A stretch of 64,000 bases of DNA from the human T2T-CHM13v2.0 reference genome, Homo sapiens: the NCBI RefSeq assembly GCF_009914755.1, contig NC_060938.1; one strand, given 5' to 3'. The notes below the pieces were generated by a model. The model was not told where the DNA came from. It saw only the letters and a list, made by a program, of their open reading frames with translations, and ran no database searches. Positions 39,001-52,759 of this stretch are shown here, in pieces. How positions within the stretch are numbered: the first letter of the stretch is position 1; each line of letters opens with the position of its first letter. The translations under genes and the position numbers were made by a program.

Positions 39001-40705
39001 ATTTTGGAGCCAATCTCCTAGAGTTGAAAAGCAAACACCTTACAGATTTAGAAAACATTATATAAGACAATAGGTTTTTCACTAGGACAATTAAAGTACA
39101 ACAAATTCTCATACGTGGTTAAGTCAATCCAGTTAGGTTGTAAAATGAGTTTTAAAGATCTAAGGAATAAAAGGGAATGCAGAAATGAGCTGAAAGCTCA
39201 CAGGAAAAGGGGGAAAGAAAACAGCAAGATAATTCATTTAAAGGATGAAAATTGGGAGCCTAACTGAGGCAGAATGAGAAGTAAGTGGGGCAAATTCAAT
39301 TTTCAAATAAAAAAAATTGCAAGGACAAAGTCAAATGGGTTGCTATATTAAGAAGGAAGTCAGCTAAGAACGGCTATGACTCTGGGACAGCTCTATTTAT
39401 TTTAGTGACTAAGGCTACATATGAGAGGGAAAAAAAAGAGCAACATTTTAATAAAAGGATTTGACAAACTCCAAAAGAATTGAGTAGAAGTGAAATAAAA
39501 GGACACTGGGATGGGCTCACCAGAAATATTTGTTTGAAAGATGGAAGGAGATTTGTTTTTCCAGTGTTACATAAACTAATCACCAGTATTTAAAGTTTAC
39601 TGACTCTCAGTAATCCCAACTTCTAGAATGACTTAGATGTTAACAGACATGCTCCAGCATTGTTTCCACACAAAATCAGTGACTGCCTTTTCTTGTTAGA
39701 AATATGACTCATGCTTTCTCTTAAATATCCTCTCTACTCCTTCATTTCTATTTGCTGATATAATTCTGAAAGGGTGGTGTGTACACATACCTTCCTTTTG
39801 GCAAGTCTTCTACATTCAAGAACTTGCCATAAGAAACAGTAGGTACACATATTATATCTTTTTTCCCTAATCACTTTAGGTGGCTACCAAATATTCTGAA
39901 AACTCATATTTTCTGAGGCACCAAATACTTTGCTATGAAAACTTACTTGCCCTAGAAAATTGGGCCATTTTGAAATCCAATTTGGCAAGAATATAAACAG
40001 ACATCAGTAGTTGCATGAAATTCAAAGGAAATAGAGATTCTGCACCTTGGGCATCTTTGATAATTACTATATTATGTTGAAGTTACAAGTATAAACCTGG
40101 AAATTTTTGAGCCAAAAAGCTATAATATATATGTCAAGTAAAACACAAGAAAACAAAAAGTTCAAGAACACTGAGTATAGTTTTCTAGGAATACAAAAAA
40201 TTCATCCAGAGCCTGAATATATAAAACAAGAAACCAAGTAGTACAATAAAAGGCAATATACTTGGACCTCAGATGAGAAAGAAGAGATGGTAACAGTGCC
40301 TGACATTTCAGCTAGGAAATGCTCAAGCTGGGTCCTCTGACTCCTTGACCTATGAATGATGTGATGGCAATGATGATGGTGATGAACAAGAGGATGATGA
40401 CTTCCATTTTTAAAGCACTCAGTAGGCACACATTATCTCATTTAATCCCCACAACAATCACATGAGGAAAGTATTATTCTCATTTCACAGATAAAGGAAA
40501 TTGAAGCTTCCTGGAACCCTTGATTGACAGGATATACAAGACTACGCAGAAGAAGGAAAGACATATATAAAGAATTTAACTGATGATGTCAAAGAAGAAA
40601 CACCTACAGAAGGAAGATGCCAGAGGGTGTGGAAGCACTGTGGATGACCAAAGGTTACCTATAATGAAACAGTCATTGATGGGCGTTTGAGCTGGTTTCA
40701 CCAGG

Positions 40706-40790
40706 ATCTCATAAATCACCACTAAAGAACTTACTCATATAATCAAATACCTCCTGTACCCCAATAACTTATGGAAAGATAAAATAATAA
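40706..40790 (+). mobile_element. L1PB-type 3' terminus
   Basis: aaatcaccactaaagaacttactcat...cctgtaccccaataacttatggaaa. Confidence 0.8.
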
Positions 40791-41061
40791 TTGTAAAAAG
40801 TCATTGGAATCTAATATAAACCAAGGAAAAATGTAAGAAAGATTTTTTTTTCTTCTAACAGGCTACTACTCCGTCTAGAAAATAACACTGAAGTGGACAT
40901 TTCATTTGCATATTTGCACTGTTTGTAAAGATAAGTTGTTCGATGAGTACAAATCTTACAGAATACATACATTAAAGTTTTATAAATCCAATGGTTAAAA
41001 TGTAATTTTAAGATGGTCTTGTCTGGCAGAGGAATCACCTAGAAAAAGGTTGGTGGTTCAG

Positions 41062-42150
41062 CTATTTCCAAGATAATCTTGTGTAGTCCATCACACACAC
41101 ATAGCCAGTGTCTACTTCCTGATGTGAGGCAGGTTACTGTCTCCTCTTTGGCAACTCTAATGGTGATCCCAAGTGACAAATGGTAGGAAACCTGAGGACC
41201 ATAGTTGACATCAGTGAGGTGATGGAGCAACAGTCACAGGAGGAAGAATCAAAGTTTAAGACACCCTGCAGAAGTAGAGTCACAGGAAGAAACAAACTAA
41301 AAATGAGCATTGCAGAGAAAACATCTGTAAGCAGTGCTACTGTTGCGGGAGGCCGACTCTCAGGCAGTCGCTTGCCAGGCAGTGTCAATGTAAACCAACA
41401 CCTCAGACATGGGAATTTTTGCTTCAGATCAAAAGGACAGCAGCAATGCCATCTGCTGTTTGCTTAGAAAAATGGTAAGAGCAGATGTTCCCATGTGTTG
41501 ACCTGCCATCCCTTGACTAAGAGGCCACTTGAAAAATAATCATGAAATAGCACAGGAGAAACATCTGCACAGTGTACAGCAGACCACCAATCATGCAGCA
41601 TAGGAGAGAAGGAACCTGCAGTGTACCCATGAAATAACGGTAGGCAGGTCCCCAACAAGTGGTGGGGGCTCCTCATGCATACACGTTATAGGAGAACAAA
41701 TAAGGCAAGATCAGTACTGGGCAAGGGGCAGTCAAAATGTTGTCTGTGGACCTGAGTAATTTCAGTGGACAAACCCTAACTTCTTTCAAATATCGTCAAA
41801 GGCTCAGAGCTTCACATTTACTTCTCAGACTTCTCTCTATTGTTGCCTATGATATAATTTGATTTTGTTGAGCCTACATTTTAGGCATCACTGAAATTAG
41901 ATGATTAGCAGTTCCTTAAGAGCAAGCCATGGCCTGTAGATAAAAAAAAACAAAACAAAACAAATGCAAAGTGCCTGTGCAACGTGAGGTCAGGACATGG
42001 TGAGAGGATTTGCCTCTCACCTCTCTTAGTACCAGGAGCTCCAAGAGGACCTCACCCAAGCGGCAAGGCTGATGCAAGCCAGAATTCTTGGAAACTGCTG
42101 AGTCACTTGCCAACCACTGGCTGGGACAGCAGAAGCTTGACCTCGGAAGG
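41062..42150 (-). pseudogene. TAS1R-like exon 6 remnant (end of Cys-rich domain, 7TM, C-tail)
   Basis: FCCPSQWLASDSAVS...LGEVLL vs TAS1R3 FCGQDEWSPERSTRC...WGEPAVLL; HH...LFCF vs HH...LACF; AA*LVV (41582-41593 for *LVV) vs WAWLVV; VQMFLLC (41550-41570); FTLTLPGKRLPES (GKRLPES 41356-41376) vs TAS1R1 FACSYLGKDLPEN; FLP..G; NYG (41198-41206); DYTRLSWK* (stop 41062-41064) vs TAS1R1 DYTRRCGST*. Confidence 0.65.
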
Positions 42151-43622
42151 AACCAAGTGTGTTTTAGGATTTGCACCTCAAGCATGCTCCTCTTGCTTTG
42201 CGGCCACAACTGCCACCCTATCTGAGTTCATCTTCTTGCTTTGAGAGCCTTGCTTGAAAAGTGCTAGTCATCTTGTCCTGCCACTTGGCTGGACACAAGT
42301 CCTTGGACCCCATTTCCCACCAGCTAATCATCAGTTCATCCACTCAACTAATTTTCTCAGCCCGAACACAGGTGTACTCAGGAGCAAATGCTATTCAGGA
42401 AATGCAGAATTTTTCAAAACCATAAGTTTTCTCTCTGTGGACATGCAGAACAAAACATTTGCATGCCCTGTATTTCCTCTTAAACATGTTGCATTTTTCT
42501 ATTGAGGAGTTTGCTTTCAAGGCATTAATTTTTTTTCTAACTTGATCCAATTATTTATTCCATCCTCTTTAATTTATTTTTCTGATCTGGGGATCTATGG
42601 CCTAATCTATCCTCAATAGTTTTCGTTTTGTAATTATCGGGGGAAGGAGAAAGATTTGGCTCCTTTTTCTATGAACACTTCCTTCCCCTTCCTGCTATGA
42701 AGGAGACTTATTGCATTGACCAGAGAGGAGGACTCTGTCTCATATTCTTTGCTTAGAAGGCCCCCCTGTACATAGTAAATGCTTGTGCTTGAATAAATTA
42801 AAAAGGAATTTCAGGAGAGGTCTGATTGAAAATGTTTCCTATAACATAAAACCACCAGAAATAATACAGAATCTCTCTAAAAATGAAACACTAATGCTGG
42901 TGGAGGCCTAGCTCTGGAATCACTGCCATGGCCTCCTACCAAACTCCTGGGGAAACAGAATGGTTGGTTATAATTCTCTGTTACAGCAAGACAGCCTCAG
43001 GAGGAAGATGTCACCACACCATAATTTTCTACATGTTCTAATGCAAGGGAGGTCTTGTAAAAAAGTGTGTTTTCTTCTATCCTAGTAATTATATAACAGT
43101 ATACGACACTATTATTTATATCACACATTACTGTCAAAAAGGGATAGAAAGAAGTAATGTATTACTTAATTTTCAAAGCTGAAAAAGATTTTATATCCTT
43201 CAAAGTTGTGTTCTTACTAGGACAAACACATACCATCAGCATTTTCTTTGCACGTGGAACTTTAGGAATTCCTCTTTGGGATATGCGCTCAGAGATTTTT
43301 CTTTCTCTCTTTTATTTCACACACTCCTCAGTGATTACAAAGCTTTTTTTTTTTTAAAAAAAAAAAAAAGACAATTAGTTTGAACTTTGTAAATACTGAA
43401 CTGTCATTTGGAGGCAACCATTGGCAATAACAAGATCAGGCTGGATACCACTTGGATAAAATCAAGATGTGATTATAAAGTGCTATTAATATATAAGTGA
43501 TTAGTGATTTTCTTCTGTGACTCAAACTGGCTCTAAGGTACAACAACAATATTCTGAGAAGTGGCAGAACTGCTACAATAATTCTAAGGCAGCAATTTTG
43601 ATGGATAATTCTTATCTATATA

Positions 43623-43976
43623 CAGGCATACCTTGGAGATACTATGGGTTTGGTTCTAGACTACTACAATAAAGCGATTACTACAATAAGGTGAGTCACA
43701 CAAATTTGTTGGTTTCCCAGTGCACATAAAAGTTATGTTTACACTATACTATAGTCTATTAAGTGTGTGATAGTGTTATGCCTAAAAAAATGATGTGCAT
43801 ATCTTAATTAAAAATATTTTATTGCTAACAAATGCTAACGAAGTAGGTACATGTTGCTAGGAAAATGGCACTGATAGACATGCTGGACACAGGGCTGCCA
43901 CAAACCTTCAATTTGCTAAAAACTCAGTATCTGCAAAGCATGGCAAAGCAAAGTACAATAAAACGAGGTATGCCTG
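43623..43976 (-). mobile_element. Internally deleted Tigger1 retaining both TIRs
   Basis: TA-caggcatacctt ... aaacgaggtatgcctg-TA; both Tigger1 end sequences present. Confidence 0.85.
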
Positions 43977-44294
43977 TACTTAATTCTATTTTATGATGAT
44001 ACTCCTGCCTCAAAATAGAGTATAAAATCTAATATAATATAAAACTTTACAATAATTAAATACTCACATAGTTTTAGTATGTTCTAAAATACTATAATTA
44101 CTTAACTTGGAGGATTTTGTTTTGCATATTGTATACCATTTAGACTTGGTTACTCTCAAGTAGATTAGAAGTTAATGCCCTTTGAAGAGTCAGATGATCT
44201 CAGTACCTAAGCCATTCACCGACTCTAAATCAGGCACATTGCTAGGAGTGCTAATATCAACCCGCTGTTCTAAGTCTTCAAAAAAAGTTTACTG

Positions 44295-44524
<230 letters not shown>

Positions 44525-44718
44525 TTAACAGGTTAGACAGCATGATGCTGTTCCTTGTCAAACTCAAGAAATTTCCTGGTCCTTTGAGCTACTCAAACGA
44601 ACTAGAAAATGGGGTCTTTGCCTTGATAGCTTATATTCCTATATTGAAAAACAAGTCAGTCAAAAATCAGTAAAAAATTAATATGGAAGACTGTGAGATA
44701 ATCAAAATAACCAATTAA

Positions 44719-45136
<418 letters not shown>

Positions 45137-45529
45137 TGAAGAAAAACCCGGACCCTGAAAACCCACCTTTAAAAACTTTGTGTGTAAATTAATCATGGTG
45201 TTTTCATCTTTGTTTCTGACTTTCTAAAGAAAGAGAAGTATCCTCTGCAGGGCAAAGGATCTGCAGAACTATAATCCAGCAATTTGTAAGACCACAGAGA
45301 CTCAAGTTAAATAAAACATATTTTTTAAGCCACTGCCCATATAAAATCCTGAAGGGCAGGGACAGGATCCTAGTCCAGTGCCTAGTCCCCAGACCTAGTC
45401 CAGTGCTTCAATGATAGTAGTAGTTACCTATAGGGAAGACTTAAGGTCACTGACATATTGTTATTTATCCTCTGCTTACTTACGAAAGTACAGGCTGGGT
45501 GTACACAATGACAGTTAAAAAACTGTTGA

Positions 45530-47271
45530 TGGGTTTCCCTTTGTGGGTAACCCGACCTTTCTCTCTGGCTGCCCTTAACATCTTTTCCTTCATTTCAACT
45601 TTGGTGAATCTGACAAGTATGTGTCTTGGAGTTGCCCTTCTCGAGGAGTATCTTTGTGGTGTTCTCTGTGTTTCCTGAATTTGAATGTTGGCCTGCCTTG
45701 CTAGGTTGGGGAAGTTATCCCAGATAATATCCTGAAGAGTGTTTTCCAACTTGGTTCCATTCTCCCTGTCACTTTCAGGTACACCAATCAGATGTAGATT
45801 TGGTCTTTACACATAGTCCCATATTTCTTGGAGGCTTTGTTCATTTCTTTTTACTTTTTTCTCTAAACTTCTCTTCTCGCTTCATTTCATTCATTTGATC
45901 TTCAATCACTGATACCCTTTCTTCCAGTTGATCGAATTGGCTACTGAAGCTTGTGCAAGTGTCACATAGTTCTCATGCCATGGTTATCAGCACTGTCAGG
46001 TCATTTAAGGTCTTCTCTATGCTGTTTACTCTAGTTAGCCATTCATCTCTTCTCTCAACTCATCAAACTCATTCTCTGTCCAGCTTTGTTCCATTGCTGG
46101 AGAGGAGCTGCATTCCTTTGGAGGAGAAGAGGCGCTCTGATTTAAGAAAACCTAGGCAATACCATTCCGGACATAGGCATGGGCAAGGATTTCATGACTA
46201 AAACACCAAAAGCAATGGCAACAAAAGCCAAATTGACAAATGGAATCCAATTAAACTAAAGAGCTTCTGCACAGCAAAAGAAACTACCATCAGAGTGAAC
46301 AGGCAACCTACAGAATGGGAGAAAATTTTTACAATCTACCCATCGGACAAAGGGCTAATATCCAGAATCTACAAAGAACTTAAGTTTACAAGAAAAAATC
46401 AAACAAACCCATCAAAAAGTGGGCAAAGTATATGAACAGACACTTCTCAAAAGAAGACATTTAGGCAGCCAATAGACACATGAAAAAATGCTCATGATCA
46501 CTGGCCATCAGAGAAATGCAAATCAAAAACCACAATGAGATACCATCTCACACCAGTTAGAATGGTGATCATTAAAAAGTCAGGAAACTACAGGTGCTGG
46601 AGAAGATGTGGAGAAATAGGAACGCTTTTACACTGCTCTTGGGACTGTAAACTAGTTCAATCACTGTGGAAGACAGCGTGGCGATTCCTCAAGGATCTGT
46701 AACTAGAAATATCATTTGACCCAGCCATACCATTACTTGGTCTATACCCAGAGGATTATAAATTATGCTACTATAAAGACACATGCACACGTATGTTTAT
46801 TGCAGCACTATTCACAATAGCAAAGACTTGGAACCAACCCAAATGTCCAACAATGATAGACTGGATTAAGAAAATGTGGCACATATACACCATGGAATGC
46901 TATGCAGCCATAAAAAAGGATAAGTTCATGTCCTTTGTAGGAACATGGATGAAGCTGGAAACCATCATTCTCAGCAAACTATCGCAAGGACAGAAAACCA
47001 AACACCGCGTGTTCTCACTCATAGGTGGGAATTGAACAATGAGAACACTTGGACACAGGGTGGGGAACATCACACACTGGGGCCTGTCGTGGGGTGGGGG
47101 GAAAAGGGAGGGATAGCATTAGGAGATATAGCTAATGTAAATGACGAGTTAATGGGTGCAGCATACCAACATGGCACATGTATACATATGTAACAAACCT
47201 GCACCTTGTGCACATGTACCCTAGAACTTAAAGTATAATAATAAAAATAAAATTAAATTAAAAAAATAAAT
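45530..47271 (+). mobile_element. L1PA5-like insertion with 5' inversion (inverted ORF1 piece at about 45530-46143; sense ORF2 end and 3' UTR at about 46144-47271)
   Basis: ORF1 peptide ENTLQDII...KGKPI on -; ORF2 C-terminus MFIAALFTIAKTWNQPKCP on +; TSD AAAAAACTGTTGA at 45517-45529 and 47272-47284. Confidence 0.93.
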
Positions 47272-47942
47272 AAAAAACTGTTGAATTATTTGATCCACTC
47301 AATACCTAACAGGCGAGTTGATGTATCTACTGATTTTAATCCTCACAATTATACTGAACTGAATGATTGTTTTGGTGTCATGCACACAACACGCTTAAGT
47401 TTTCCATTGGCCATGCCTATGATTTTGTGTCCTTTAAGGTATGACTATAGTGATCCCATATAGTCAAATATCTGGGAAGTTCTTGCAAAACATGGAGAGT
47501 ATCTATTACTGTCAACATGATGTGATCTCATTATTTACAAGTAAAAGTTCAGCACCAAATTATAGAACAGATTTCAGAATAGAATCAAACTATAGAACAG
47601 ATTTTAAACTCATTTTCAAATAAGTTTTATGCTATGAGGAAGTTATTTCAAAATATTCCATCACAGAAAGTGTGACTCATTGAGAATCCAAATTATTCAT
47701 TGTGTATTATGACTAACATTCTTAATGTGAACATTCCTTAATGAGTAAACCTGCAGTGTACAAAAATAGTAAAATATTATTCAAATATCACCACATAGTA
47801 ACCTCCTTTTCATCCTGTTGGGGCTCGCACACATGGAACAAAGAACAAAATTTTAAAAATAAGCACAGGGCCATCTAAGCAGTAGAATTTTTAACCATGA
47901 AAGGTTTTAGTATTTATTAGGTGGACTGATTTTTTTTTAATT

Positions 47943-48253
47943 GGCTGTACCGGGTGCAGTAATCACACCACTTTGGGAGGCCAAGGCAGATGGATTGCTT
48001 GAGCTCAGGAGTTCAAGACCAGCCTGACCAACATGGCAAAACCCTGTCTCTATCAAAAATACAAAAATTAGCTGGGCATGGTGGCACACACCTGTAGTCC
48101 CAGCTACTCTGGGGGTGAGATGGGAGGATCGCTTGAGCCTGGGAGCCAGAGGTTGCAGTAAGCCAAAACGGCGACACTGCACTCCAGCCTGGGCCATAGA
48201 GTGAGACTCCATCTCAACAAAAAACAACAACAACAACAACAAACAAAACAAAA
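47943..48253 (+). mobile_element. Alu (J/S) with (CAA)n tail and small 5' deletion
   Basis: Dimeric Alu; 5' end lacks part of ggctcacgcctg. Confidence 0.9.
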
Positions 48254-48729
48254 GGCTAATGCAGATATATCTTACTAAATAATATCCCTCTTCAAGTGTG
48301 TTTCAAGAGGAACACACTTGTTTGTCCTACTTTACTTTCCCAAGCCTAAATTAAAGATTAAAAATAATTTCCTTTGAGTTTTTTCAAAATAGGCTAAAGG
48401 AATGGCTAATAACCATAAAGTATGATTGAATAATGCTCCAAAATTAACAGTTGGCCTTTCATTTGATATTAACTATCTCTAGACATTAATCCTATAAAGT
48501 TTTTAAAAAGAAAAGTTACTTTTCTCTTCACTTGACATTTAAGAGTCTTGAATACAAAACCCTGAAACATGATATAAAGATGTTCTAGATAGCATACACT
48601 TACGAAGTGCATTTTCAATGAGTAGTCCATATTCCTGGGTTCACTCTCAGAGCACTGCTTCTTTCTTTCACTTACTTTTATTCTAAAATTAGATATGGGA
48701 GGAAGGAATCATAGTCTTTCTGTTATGCT

Positions 48730-48845
48730 TCTGATTCATTTATTTCACAAATACATTTGGGTACCTACTATATGCCAGACATTAGTGTAGGTGCTAATAT
48801 ACAGCAGTAAACAAAACAGTCAAAAACCTCCCCTCAGAAGCTTCT
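48730..48845 (-). mobile_element. L2 3' end
   Basis: attcatttatttcacaaatacatttgggtacctactatatgccagac. Confidence 0.7.
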
Positions 48846-48904
48846 ACTTTTCTTACCCCAATATTTACAGTACTCTATTATGAAAAAGTAAAGAAACAAA
48901 AAAT

Positions 48905-49548
48905 ATGTGGAAAAAAGAGAATGCTTACACAATGCTGGTGAAAATGTAAGTTAGTTCAACCCCTGTAGAAAACAGTATGGAGATTTCTCAAAGTACTAAA
49001 ACAGAACTACCTTTTGATCCAGCAATCCCATGACTGGGTATCTACCCAAAGGAAAAGAAATAATTTCACCAAAAATCACCTGCACTCGAATGTTTATTGC
49101 ACCACTATTCACAATACCAAAGTCATGGAATCAACCTGTGTCCATGAATGGTTAAGTGGATAAAGAAAACGTGTGGTATATATATATACACAACGGAATA
49201 CTAGGCAGCCCTAAATAAGAATGGAATCATATCCTTTGCAGTAACATGGATGGAGCTGGAGGGCATTATCCTATGTGAAATAACTCTGAAATGGAAAGTC
49301 AATTACTACACGTTCTCACTTATAAGTGAGAACTAAACAAGGGGTACACATGCATATAAAGACGGAAATAATAGACACTGGGGACTCCAAAAGGGTGAAG
49401 GGAGTGAGGTTGAAAAATTACCTATTGGGTATAATATTCACTATTTGGATAATAGGTTCACTAAAAGCCCAAAGCTCACCATTATGCAATATATCCATGT
49501 AATAAACCTGCACGTGTATCCCCCTGAATCTAAAGTAAAATAAAATAA
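48905..49548 (+). mobile_element. Old primate L1 3' end (L1PB/L1PA16-age)
   Basis: gaaaacagtatggagatttctcaaag ... ttgaaaaattacctattggg ... ccccctgaatctaaa. Confidence 0.85.
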
Positions 49549-50088
49549 CAACAATAACAGTAACAGCAACGACAACAAAATCCTAGAATAGTGGCAATTG
49601 GATTCTGGATTATCTATTACCTCTCCTGTTATTTGCCCCAATAAGGCTATTTATGTGACAATGTTGTAAACAAAGAGTTGCAACGACACTGACATTATGT
49701 GAAGCTGCTCATGATATTGTTTGAAAAACAAAGACTAAGGGGAAGTATGAAATAGTTTGCCCCCAAAAGGGGGAAACTGTTACATTTCATTTGATCTTCT
49801 GTTTACATTGAGAAGATGTAAACTCAATGTGTACACAGTTTTTAACTTCAACTTTTTTATTTTTACAAGATAAACTTATTTTTCAAACCTGTTTTGAAAG
49901 TCTCTTGTTCTTTGTGCCCTTTTAAAATGCCATCATTTGCTTGTTTAAATATTTTATAATATTTTATATTTGTAAATCTTATAATTCAAATATCTAAAAC
50001 CTTTGTAGGTTTAAGCGTTTTGCTTTTTTGTTTCTTCTGACTCATTTTTTACCTGGTGATTTTTAAAAATTGTGATGACTTTTAAAAA

Positions 50089-51790
50089 TGTTTTATTTTG
50101 AAATAAATCCAAATTTAGAGAAGAACTGAAAGAATACAAAGAACTATATATGCCCTTCACCCACAGACCCCAAGAGTTTCACCAAGTGTCCCAGTTTATC
50201 CATTTGACCCAGCCATCCCATTACTGGGTATATGCCCAAAGGACTATAAATCATGCTGCTATAAAGACACATGCTCACGTATGTTTATTGCAGCATTATT
50301 CACAATAGCAAAGACTTGGAACCAACCCAAATGTCCAACAATGATAGACTGGATTAAGAAAATGTGGCACATATACACCATGGAATACTATGCAGCCATA
50401 AAAAATGATGAGTTCATGTCCTTTGTAGGGACATGGATGAAACTGGAAATCATCATTCTCAGTAAACTATCACAAGAACAAAAAACCAAACACCGCATAT
50501 TCTCACTCATAGGTGGAAATTGAACAATGAGATCACATGGACACAGGAAGGGGAATATCACACTCTGGGGACTGTTGTGGGATGGAGGGAGGGGGGAGGG
50601 ATAGCATTGGGAGATATACCTAATGCTAGATGACGAGTTAGTGGGTGCAGCGCACCAGCATGGCACATGTATATATATGTAACTAACCTGCACAATGTGC
50701 ACATGTATATATATGTAACTAACCTGCACAATGTGCACATGTACCCTAAAACTTAAAGTATAATTTAAAAAAAATGTGAACCATGGTTAAAAATAATAAT
50801 AATAATAATAATATACTCTATAGCAAAGAATCCAATCTGAGCTCACACAATGCACTTAGTTCTTCTGTCTCTTCAGTCTCCTTTAATCTCAAATAATTCA
50901 TCAATCCTTTCTTTATCTTATTTTTTTAAGATTACAGGCCAGTGATTTTGCAGAATGCATCTCAATTTGGGTTTCTATAGTCTTTCTTTACGATTAGATT
51001 CAGACACTAAAACTACTATGTTATGACCTCAGGGCAACATATCAGGAGGACCATGATGTCAAATGTTCGCATACATTGCTGTTTCTTCATTTAATTAATT
51101 CCTGCTATAATGGTTGTCGTAATTTTCCAATTGTATCACTCCTTCTACATTTAAAAGTCAGCATTCTTATGTAAAAAGATCCTTTTCTTATCTCCATGTA
51201 TTTATTCACTTATTTGTATCAGAGAGAACTCAACAACTCCCATTATATTCAATGTGATATAATTAATATCATTATTTATTTTAATGCTCAAATTGTCCCA
51301 GATTTGGTCAGTGAGAGTTCCTTCAAATTATTTTATATCTTTTTCACATGTCTCCACCATTCTTTGACTATGGCCTTACTATTTAATATAAGACACTACA
51401 AAGCTTATATTATCTCTGCCCCAACTCTGAAATCATCCATTTCTCCAAGGAGGTCTAGCTCCTTTTAGTGAAAATGGTATTTAGAAATCAAGATTTAGGT
51501 ATTAGGGAGGCTCTTTACAACTGAAATCTCTCAGGCACTCTCAATGGACAAAGCAATAAAACATATGCATCATATATACACACATATCTATAGACATATT
51601 TTTACGTTTAATTATTTCTATAATCTACATATTAAAAACCATAAATTCACAGCAATATTTTCAATTCCAATCCAACACCACATTCTGTCTTCTTCCTTTT
51701 CATATTAGTAACCTCCATGTTCCAAAGTGAGAATGGGATTTCCATTATCCTAAGTCTATTCACTTATTTGCTCAATTCCCCTATATGTAA
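50089..51790 (-). mobile_element. L1MC/L1ME fragments, interrupted by L1PA2
   Basis: ttttattttgaaataa...cccttcaccc; tttaatgctcaaattgtcccagatttgg; aatggtatttagaaatcaagat. Confidence 0.65.
50200..50774 (+). mobile_element. L1PA2-like 3' fragment
   Basis: gagatcacatggacacaggaaggggaatatcac, gatgacgagttagtggg (GAG rather than Ta-type ACA), cttaaagtataat. Confidence 0.92.
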
Positions 51791-52759
51791 CCAGTTTCCT
51801 GACCCTATTGGACCTCCACTCCACTTGACTGCTTAAGTGACCCTCATAAATTCATATTTAATAGGAATTAATCTGTGGGAATCCTGAAGACTTCCCACAA
51901 TGCGGTTGCTTTCCTTTAGAAAGAATTTGTATTTCCTTCTACCCAGAGCCTAGAACACTTCCAATGTGAGACCATGTTAGCTCCTCCTACAGAGGATCTT
52001 AGTTAATCCAGGAGTCTCAGGTTAGCAATCTCCTGTTACAGCAAGCCTTAGTGGAATCTCCTGATCTCACTATTTACTGCTGACTTTTCTGATCTCAGTT
52101 CTCTGGAGTTTAGGGGAGGAATTGTTTTTGAAGGTGGGGTGTTCATTTTTTTTATGTTTAGGTGTTCTTTGTTTCTTTATTTCTTTGTTTTTTGCCCTTA
52201 ACGACTTCCCCCTGGGTCTTGGAATCCCAAGAAGGCTTTGAATATTGGGTTTGTGATTTATCCAAGTTAAGTTGTACTAAGCAGTAGAGTCCTTCAGAGT
52301 ATCTAATCAACCATATTTTGTCTTTATGTGTCTACATGCTTATCTGTACTGATTTTTCCCTAAATTACAAAACTATTAATGTCCTTGAAACACCATGAGA
52401 CTCTCTGCTACAGCCTGGTTATTGGTTCAAGGCAGAAAAACAAGTGAGACTAGAGAAATTATTGGCCAGCACTCTGACTTTGTTCCTATCAGAAGGTAGG
52501 AATTATTTATAGCAAGGTTATAGTAAGTATTTTTTTAATCTTAAAGATAAAAGGGACATTAACATTCCTTTCATCCAGTTCCTTAATTTGACACATGGGA
52601 AAAAGGCAGCCCAACCAGAGAGGAAGGTTTTCTACCAAAGTAAATGGCATTTTGGTGGGATTGCTTAGATTTATTTAGAGTTAAGTTCCCTGGTCTACAA
52701 TCCCTAGTTTATTTGTAACCAATCTTCTTTTTCTAACCAAACACTACAATTTTTTTCAT

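Noticed and set aside
40510-40690. Purine-rich coding-looking segment (possible ancient LINE tail)
   Set aside because: No motif strong enough to assign a family.
41134-41676. Apparent TMEM45/DUF716-like or RTE reverse-transcriptase-like words
   Set aside because: Spacing or order did not fit. The class C GPCR 7TM reading fits order and spacing and is backed by upstream exon remnants.
42255-42305. CSSQ-like words as an alternative exon 5
   Set aside because: Needs two frameshifts and lacks the following G..CC motif; 53385-53525 fits far better.
45480-50523. ORFs resembling L1 ORF1p/ORF2p
   Set aside because: Fragments of truncated L1 copies, not host genes.
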